From Eledone cirrhosa (lineage: Eukaryota), in contig OZ024749.1 in the NCBI GenBank assembly GCA_964016885.1, positions 23,808,001-23,872,000 on the forward strand: DNA of 64,000 bases. Reading direction: 5' to 3'. Shown here in pieces: positions 54,497 through 64,000 of this stretch. The notes under the pieces were generated by a model. It made no database searches. It worked only from the letters and a program-made list of their open reading frames with translations, and had not been told where the DNA came from. Numbering within the stretch: the stretch's first letter is position 1; the number at the start of each line of letters is the position of its first letter. Position numbers and translations under genes: made by a program.

Positions 54497-56362
54497 TAAC
54501 TTTGAATAACTTTGAAATGTTTTGGCCAGTATTGGCCCAGGCCATGTCTAACTTAATAGCACCACCTGGCGAAGTCTTTCAATTCAGGATTTGGGCACCA
54601 TGGCCCATTCGAGAAGAGAATTACTGTTTGCGGAGACATATCCGGGTGTGGGTGGTTTGTCCGGGATTACTTGGAGGAATTTGTCCAAAGACTTCTTGAA
54701 TTTTGTGTGGTCAGTTACTGTTTTGACGTGTCCTGGTGTGATGTTGAAGAGAGCAGGGCCGATTGAGGTGAAATAATTGTGCCGTATTGTTGTTATGAGT
54801 TGCGATTTAGATTTTTGAATGAGACGGATAGCACATGGCCCAAGCCTTGGGTGTATCTTGAAGGCGATGCCAACATCATTTGGGCAGTGATGATGGAACA
54901 TTTTCCACATCATGCACATAATATAACGCTCACGGCGACGTTGGAGTGAGTAAAGTTTCAGGTTTTCTAATCGACCCCAGTAGTCAAGGTCTGACATGCC
55001 ATCTATCTTTTTCGTGATTGCCCTTGAGGAGCTTCAAGTTTCATGATACTTTGTTTCGTGTGGGGAGACCACAGTGGACAACAGTATTCAAGGTGTGGTC
55101 GGGCGAAAGTAGAGAAGAGAAGGATAATGGTGCGGGAATCTCTCGACTGGAAGGTTCTGAGGATCCAGGAACACATTCTGCGGGCCATGTCAACTTTGCT
55201 GCTTATATGCGTGGTCCAGCTTATGTTGCTGTCCACGGTTACTCCCAAGTCTCTGATGTTGTTAGATGCCACGAGAGTTTCCCCGGAGGGAAGGGAGTAC
55301 GGGAGTTTCAGAGCATCCTCTTTTCCAAAGTGGATCAGTTCGAATTTGTCTTCGTTCAGTAACATGTTGTTCTTTTCTGCCCATTGGGTAACAGCCAGTA
55401 GGTCCGACTGAAGGCTTATCCGGTCATCCACGCCATTGATGACCTTTTGGAGCTTGGAATCATCAGCGAAAATGTTAATGTTGCTGTGTTTGATGATGTC
55501 AGTGATGTCATTAATATAGATGATGAAGAGAAGTGGGCCCAACACAGTGCCTTGTGGGACCCCACTACTGACTTTGGCTGGGCTTGATTTGACTCCCTCA
55601 ACTACAACATGTTGGGTTCTGTTTGACAGGAAGCGCTTGATCCACTGCAGCAGCTTTCCAGTGACACCAATATTGGACAGCTTTCTCAGTAGAATGTTAT
55701 GATCAACCCTGTCAAAGGCCTTGCTGAAATCAAGGTAGATAACATCAGTGTTGGAACCCTCTCCCAAGGCTCTCAAAATGTCATCAAAGTGATGCAGTAG
55801 CTGCGTCAGGCAATCCCTTCCATTACGGAATCCATGCTGGTTGGAGTTCAGCATATTGTTACTCTCAAGGAAGTGGGTCATTCGCGATCTCACCACTCGC
55901 TCAAATACCTTAATGATATGAGAGGTGAGTGAGATTGGACGGTAATTCACGGCAAGGGATTTGTTTCCCTTTTTGAAAACTGGGACAACAGACTGGGATA
56001 GAAGGTTTTCTGGCACATATCCAGCATCCAGTGAGTTCCGCCACAGATTGGCAAGAGGAGGTGCAAGTTGGTGTTGACACGCCTTCAAGACACAAGCAGG
56101 GAACCTATCGGGACCTACTGCTGAATTATGCTTGATTTCCTTTATTGCCGCCAAGACATCAGGGGCGCCAAACGTTATGTCCGATAAGGTGTAATGGGGA
56201 GTAACATCGCCGATACAGCCCAGATCGGCCATATCAGGATTGCTGAAAACAGAGCAGTATTGTTTCTGCAGTATCTCACCCCTGGTTTTAGCATTGTCTT
56301 GAAGAGTGCCATTTTCATCAATTAGAGGGCCAACAGTAGAGCCAGTGATTTTGTGTTTTTTT
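54497..56362 (-). mobile_element. CR1/L2-group LINE 3' fragment, copy 3 (RT nearly intact)
   Basis: [36 protein letters not shown]; one frameshift near 55020. Confidence 0.92.
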
Positions 56363-56784
56363 ATATATATATATATTCTGTATACATATATGCATGTATA
56401 AATATATGTTTGCATATGTATATATATATGCATGTATATATATGTATATGTATATATATGAATGTATATGTATATATATATATATATATATATGCATGTA
56501 TATATATATATGTATGCATATGTATATATGTGTGCATGTGTATATATATATGCATGTATATATATATATATGTATGCATATGTATATATATATGTGTGCA
56601 TGTGTATATATATATGCATGTATATATATATATATATATATGTATGAATATGTATATATATATGCAGACTTATGTATATATATATATGCACGTATATATA
56701 TATATATATATGCATATGTATATATATGCATGTATATATATATATATATACATATATGCATGTATGTATATATGTATGCATACG

Positions 56785-56820
<36 letters not shown>

Positions 56821-57087
56821 TATACATGTATATATATGAATGCATATGTATATATATATGCATGTGTATATATATGTATGCATATGTATATATATATATA
56901 TATGCATGTATATGTATGTATCTATACACAGGTATATATATATATGTGTATGTAGATGTATATATATATATGAATATATATGTATGTATATGTATACATA
57001 AACGTATATATATGTATATATATATGCATATAAATGTATGTATATGTGTATATATATATATGCATGTATATGTATATATATATATGC

Positions 57088-57137
<50 letters not shown>

Positions 57138-57185
57138 GTATATATATGTATATCTATATATATACATGTATGTATATGTATATTC

Positions 57186-57258
<73 letters not shown>

Positions 57259-57490
57259 TATGTGTAAATGTGTGCATGTAAATATATATATGCATGTATA
57301 TATATATATATATGTATGCATATGTATATATATGCATGTATATATATATATGTATATATATATGCATATATGTATATATATACAGTTATATGTATAAATA
57401 TATATGTACGTATATGTATATATATATATATTTATATATATGTATATATATAAATATATATGCATGTAGATGTATGTATATTTGTATATA

Positions 57491-57523
<33 letters not shown>

Positions 57524-57652
57524 GGATGCATGTGTATATATATATATATGTATGTATATATATATTTATATATGTATATATCTGTATGTATGTCTATTTA
57601 TATATATGTATGTGTGTATATATATATGTATGTGTATATATATATATGTATG

Positions 57653-57685
<33 letters not shown>

Positions 57686-57810
57686 GCATATATATATATA
57701 TGTATATGTATGTATATATGTATATATATATGGATATGTGTATGTACTTGTATATATATATGTATTATATATATGTATGTATATATATATGTGTATATAT
57801 ATGTATATAT

Positions 57811-58552
57811 ATATAGAATTCACATGAATGAACATTCTGTTCAAACCATTTAATAGCTTACAATTGTTTCATCCAAACCGAGGTTTGGTGTCTTCGGAAT
57901 ATTTTTCAATGTTTGTTTACATAAATGACCTCATTTCCAACACAAGAGACATACAGATACATATGTATATATTGATGCACAGTGGGGTGACATCCATTAT
58001 TATATATCTGAATGGCAATTTAAGTTCAAAAATTAAAATCATATTAAAACAGAATCAAAGCAAAGTTAAAATTAAAATACAACATCGGCAGTTAACGTAG
58101 ATAATGCAAGAGGATAGTTTGTTAGTCAGTTGTAGTAGTTATTGCATACAATAGTTACACGTGGGGCATGCACGTGTGTCTTATTTATATATGATTATAT
58201 TATAATTTATATATGATTGTATATTAATATATTATAATTTATATATGATTGTATATTAATATATTATAATTTATATATGATTGTATTTTAATTTTAATTT
58301 TGCTTTCATTCTGTTTTAATATGATTTTAATTTTTGAACTTAAATTGCCATTCAGATATATAATAATGGATGTCACCCCACTGTGCATCAATATATACAT
58401 ATGTATCTGTATGTCTCTTGTGTGGGAAAGGATGTCATGTATTGAAACAAACATTGAAAAATGCCCCGAAGTCTCCAAACCTTGGTTTGGATGAAAAAAT
58501 TGTGAGCTCATAAATGGTTTGAAAAGAACTTTGATTCATGTGAATTCTATAT
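57811..58552. mobile_element. TA-flanked fold-back element with U4C HHR-like motif
   Basis: Arms ~57811-58085/58280-58552; minus strand CCGAAGA-ca-ccaaacc-tc-ggtttgg-at-GAAA-CAATTG-TA. Confidence 0.75.
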
Positions 58553-58729
58553 AACTGCTCTGTAGAGCAACTGATGTTATTACATTGAGCTATTTATCTT
58601 ACTGGTAATAAGGTAATAATAAATTACTGTCTTTCACTGTTTAGTGTTTAAAATATATATAACTATACAAAGTTTTATTATATACATAACCATAAATAGT
58701 ATCCTTAATACTATGTATATATATATATG

Positions 58730-58762
<33 letters not shown>

Positions 58763-58918
58763 ATGTATATGTATATATATATGTATATGTATATATATAT
58801 GTATATGTATATGTATATATATATATGTATATGTATATGTATATATGTATAAGTATATGTATATATATGTATATATATATATATGCGTATATATATATAT
58901 ATCTATGTATATATATAT

Positions 58919-59036
<118 letters not shown>

Positions 59037-59875
59037 TATATATGTCTATGTGTATATGCATGTATTTATGGATGTACTTGTATAAACACGTGAAGTAAAT
59101 GTTAATAATATGTAAGAAAGAAACAGTTGCAGAACTCTACAACAACAACATCCAACAACTACAACAATAATAATAACTATTTTCCGTTTATAAACGATTC
59201 CCGAGGAACCGACTGAGGAATTCTTGGAGATGAAAGAAACGAAAACAAAACAAGAATATTAAAAATAATAACAAGCATAATAATAAATAAACTAATACCA
59301 ATGGTAAGAAAAGCCTACTTCAGACCGTTTATACGAGCAATAGTATTAAGAAACCAAAGAACAGAATGGGAATCTAATTAATATTTGGAAATACATATAT
59401 TCTATGCATTTTGTTTATTTTAAAATATTTCTTTAGTCTTGTTTCTATTTTACATATTTCCATTGCTTCTTTCATTGTTTTTATGTTTGTCTTTTTACTC
59501 TTGATATTTCTCTGTTTACCTATTTATACCGATATATTATCCTTTTATATTGCTATGCGTTCCTCGTTAAGTTTTCCGCTATTTTCGACAATGATGTTAT
59601 ATAGTATTTAAGCCCACGTATAGATAGAGAAAAAACACAGACAAACACATGTGCACACACACAGATATTCACATAGGCATAACTTACAATTATATATATA
59701 TTTACATGTCAACAAAAAAGCAAGAACGAGGGGCTCATTCCACAGACATGGCTTAAAATAGGGTGTTTGTATGATGGCAAACGAATCGAATATTATTATT
59801 AATAATCGAAAAACTCAGATGTTGAGCGGTAATTATTTCTTTATAAGTATTCTTATAAATATATATATATATATA

Positions 59876-61368
59876 ATAACTAGAAATTGATTAACATATA
59901 TATAAACATGAATAATCACAGGAGATAATTTTTACAAGTGTGTAACCACACATAGCTAGGTAGTAACTAATTACATTTGACTAGAACTTCAAAAATAGAT
60001 ACGTTATAATATGATTAATCTTCCCTGTATATATTCCATTAAAGAAATTTATTTCACCAATTAATCAGATGGTAAACCACGGAAGTGGAGATTTTGAATT
60101 TTCAACAAGGAAGAAAATTTCCAGCCATCCACGCTTACACTTCTAGTTCAAATCTGCAACTGGCAATTACCACGTGTTGTATTTACTATAAATACACACA
60201 TCATAGTAGCTTCGTTCCAGTGGCGTGAATAGGATTATCGACAACTAGAAACAGCAGTCAAGTCCTTTCAACATAGTTAGCTCTACAATTAAGGAGCCGT
60301 ATTTATATATCTATATCCAAAATTAAGATAAATTAAATGAATTTAATCTAAATCAAAATTATGGGTGTCATGCCAGAAAGAGATGCGCCATATCACCCGG
60401 AAAATAAGCTCCAAGATTCTAACGAGTAGGTACGAGCATTTTATAACTAGAAATTGATTAACATATATATATAAACATGAATAATCACAGGAGATAATTT
60501 TTACAAGTGTGTAACCACACATAGCTAGGTAGGTAACTAAATAAAGTTGACTAGAACTTCAAAAATAGATACCTTATAATATGATTAATCTTCCCTGTAT
60601 ATATTCCATTAAAAATTATCTCCTGTGATTATTCATGTTTATATATATGTTAATCAATTTCTAGTTATTATAAAATGCTCGGACGTACTCGTTAGAATCT
60701 TGGATCTTATTTTCTGGGTGATATGGCGCAAGTCTTTCTGGCATGACACCCATAATTTTGATTTAGATTAAATTCATTTAATTTATCTTAATTTTGGATA
60801 TAGATATATAAATACGGCTCCTTAATTGTAGAGCTAACTCTGTTGAAAGGACTCGACTGATGTTTCTAGTTGTTGATAACCCTATTCACGCTACTGGGAC
60901 GAAGCTACTATGATGTGTGTATTTATAGTAAATACTTCACGTGGTAATAGCCAGTTGCAGATTTGAACTTGTAGTATAAGCGCGGATGGCTCGAAATTTT
61001 CTTCCTTGTTGAAAATCATAAATCCCCACTTCCGTGGTTTACCATCTGATTAATTGGTGAAATATATTTCTTTAATGGAATATATACAGGGAAGATTAAT
61101 CATATTATAAGGTATCTATTTTTGAAGTTCTAGTCAACTTTATTTAGTTACCTACCTAGCTATGTGTGGTTACACACTTGTAAAAATTATCTCCTGTGAT
61201 TATTGATGTTTATATATATGTTAATCAATTTTGAGTTATTATAAAATGCTCGGACCTACTCGTTAGAATCTTGGAGCTTATTTTCCGAGTGATATGGCGC
61301 ATGTCTTTCTGGCATGACACCCATAATTTTGATTTTGATTACATTCATTTAATTTATCTTAATTTTGG

Positions 61369-61372
<4 letters not shown>
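59876..61372. repeat. ~567-bp tandem plus inverted repeat, TA-flanked
   Basis: ataactagaaattg at 59876 and 60443; orientation switch near 60611. Confidence 0.85.
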
Positions 61373-61400
<28 letters not shown>

Positions 61401-61435
61401 TCTTATATATATCTCTCTCTCTATATATATATATA

Positions 61436-62161
61436 AGTGGTTACACAACAGTTAGTTCACCATACCAAAAACAATTGTTTCACCTTCGCGGATCTTCAGC
61501 TCGGGATGTTTATGGTTATAGGAACAGGAAGGACAACCGTACGAACGCGCATGCGCAGAAACTCGGTCACTTCATACAGGCAATACTAGACTGCGTGCGG
61601 GAGGTGTAAGGGAGATAACTGCGAAAGCCCGGAAAGTTTTTAGGTTGAAAATAAAATTTAAAAAATTAAAAATATAATTACAAAGAATCAGTCCGGAGCC
61701 TTGTAGTTATGCAATAGATGTTTGGTGACGTGCGGACACGTAACCGTTTTCTTCCAGCTCGTCCGATCAAGCTTACCCTATATAATAGACAGGCCCCCAT
61801 GTCTATTACAACTACAAGGCTCCCGACTGATTCTTTTAAAATGTTATTTTAAATTTTTTTTAATTTATTTTCAACCAAAAAACTTTCCGGACTTTCGCAG
61901 TTTTCTCCCTTACACCTCCCGCACGCAGTCTAGTATTGCCTCTGTGAAGTGACCGAGTTTCTGCGCATGCGCGTTCGTACGGTTGTCCTTCCTGTTCCTA
62001 TAACCATACACATCCCGAGCTGAAGATCCGCGAAGGTGAAACAATTGTTCTCGGTATGGTGAACTAACTGTTGTGTAACCACTTCTACCTAACTCGTCCC
62101 TTGGACTGATGGACTGAGTGCTCTACCACTACGGATATTACCTTCCATTTTTCCAGTGTTC

Positions 62162-62165
<4 letters not shown>
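61436..62165. mobile_element. TA-flanked fold-back element with HHR (62015-62054 +; ~61466-61505 -)
   Basis: Arms ~61436-61720/61800-62084; ccgag-CTGAAGA-tccgcgaaggt-GAAA-CAATTG-TT-ctcgg. Confidence 0.85.
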
Positions 62166-62213
<48 letters not shown>

Positions 62214-62318
62214 GACTAAATAAATTTAATAACCCAACTATCCGGGAGCTTCCAACAGAAATGGTCGCATTCTTTAAGTGTATGTCAATATTTATTTATA
62301 AAACTGATCTATATTATA

Positions 62319-62379
62319 TTTTATCTGATGAAAACGCACCATAATTTGACTTGGGGTCCTTGAAATATGTATAATGAAA
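62319..62379 (+). ncRNA. HHR-like motif in a TA-flanked island (62210-62512)
   Basis: ttttat-CTGATGA-...-GAAA-TATGTA-TA-atgaaa; layout like the PLE 3' end; stem II weak. Confidence 0.5.
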
Positions 62380-62604
62380 TAGATATGGTTTTATAAATAT
62401 AGTTTCCATTAGTTAATATATGGTATTTTTACTACAATAATTTGTTGAGTGCTTTATATCAGTTATAAAAATATTTGCTTGTTGTATCCCAACAATTTAA
62501 ATATAACTTCTACATATATATATATATATATACTTTACTTTGTACCATCACATTTTCCACACGCACACACACACACACATATGTATATATATATATATAA
62601 ATAA

Positions 62605-62878
62605 AGGCGGCGAATTGGCAGAGTCGTTAAGACGTCGGATAGAATGCTTTACGGTATTCGTCCCACGGCCGTGGGCGCATTGGGTTCAAATCCCTCCGTG
62701 GTCAACTTTACCTTTCATCCTTTCGAGGTTGATAAAAAAAAAGCACCAGTGCAGTACTGGGGTCGTTTCTTCCTCTATAAAAAAAAAACGTCTGTGTTAT
62801 GACCTGGAGAGGGTTGGGCTCCGCGAGGTTTAAAGATGCACTACACACCGTTTGACGGTGTCACTACGACTCCACAGT
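62605..62878 (+). mobile_element. Meta-domain-like SINE, variant 3' tail
   Basis: ggcggcgaattggcagag head, ggttcaaatccc B box and core. Confidence 0.75.
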
Positions 62879-62999
62879 ATATGTATATATGTTCATGTCT
62901 ATAAGCACACACACGCACACAGATAAATATATGTTTACATATATATTATATTTATCGAGCCCTCTTTGCGTTTTAGTCTTCACATTTATTATTATTACT

Positions 63000-63056
<57 letters not shown>

Positions 63057-63145
63057 ATATTTATTTTATATATATATATATATAAAGACATTTTTTTCAA
63101 ATTCCATCCCGTCCATCCCCTCAATCTATTTTATTTCTCATTCTT

Positions 63146-63181
63146 TCTTCTAATGAAGGACTAGCGTCCGAAACGTCAAGA
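63146..63181 (+). ncRNA. Minimal HHR relic (G5A)
   Basis: tctt-CTAATGA-a-ggac-tagc-gtcc-GAAA-CG-TC-aaga. Confidence 0.55.
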
Positions 63182-63325
63182 CCCTCTTCCTGCTATATCA
63201 AGCGTTTACCTAATACACACCATCCATATACTTTATCGATTGTGTTGTTAGTTCTGTTTACCTTTTACACACACACATATATATATATGAATAAACACGG
63301 TCACACACATATATATTTGGATGTG

Positions 63326-63371
<46 letters not shown>

Positions 63372-63374
<3 letters not shown>

Positions 63375-63553
63375 CGAAGGAAATGTGGTAAGGAACCAGG
63401 TGGACCATAACGCACCAATACTTAGGGTAGTAGAGTGGGTAATAGGAACAAGTAAGACCCCGACGGCTGAGCTCAAGCCGTTTCGACGGCTAAAATTAGC
63501 CCAGAATTAGCCGTCGAAACGGCTTGAGCTCAGCCGTCGGGGTCTTACTTGTT

Positions 63554-63556
<3 letters not shown>
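63372..63556. mobile_element. TA-flanked fold-back of the half-HHR family
   Basis: Arms 63443-63493/63503-63557, turning at gacggctaa...ttagccgtc. Confidence 0.8.
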
Positions 63557-63594
<38 letters not shown>

Positions 63595-63859
63595 GAAGCT
63601 GTTTGTGGTTGCCTATGTTTAAAGTATTGGGTCCTAAGCAGTTCCGTCAACTGGATTTCAGTTACAAACCGTATAAGATGAGAACCAAGATCATTGTGAT
63701 ACCAAACAGACTGCACGTGGCTGTGCACCGAAATTCTAACACGCACATACATGCACACACACGCAATTATATATACATATATACATACATGAACATACCC
63801 ACACGCGCACACATACACAGATAGACATGCATACACACACACACACACACGCACACACA

Positions 63860-63912
<53 letters not shown>

Positions 63913-64000
63913 GTAAATATATATATATATGATGCACACGTGTTTTTCGCTCCCCAATTTTTTCCAGCGTTAAACTAATACGCATATTTCTTCAATGTAC

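Noticed and set aside
55003-56907. 634-aa ORF as a fusion protein
   Set aside because: The N-terminal ~180 aa are microsatellite that happens to be in frame with a truncated LINE RT.

Overview
AT-rich, microsatellite-saturated eukaryotic DNA. The SINE families and the very long (TA)n, (TATG)n and (CA)n arrays suggest an octopus or other cephalopod (inference). No host gene is convincingly supported, and most listed ORFs are microsatellite artefacts. Recognisable transposons are: a degraded R4/Dong-type RLE LINE in (CATA)n, four CR1/L2-group LINE 3' fragments each bounded by TA-type repeats, RTE fragments, a ~610-bp bipartite non-autonomous RTE derivative, many tRNA-derived SINEs, a non-autonomous Helitron and two Penelope-like elements (PLEs). 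The main observation is that many short 'unique' islands between the TA arrays carry type I hammerhead ribozyme (HHR) motifs. By eye there are about 15 unrelated sequence families and more than 30 motifs. They occur as tandem arrays (195, ~462 and ~478 bp periods) and/or as fold-back inverted repeats whose ends run into (TA)n. This is the same architecture as the HHR-bearing PLE at 36.9-41.5 kb, pointing to a TA-microsatellite-targeted PLE/retrozyme system. All folds were done manually and none has been tested.
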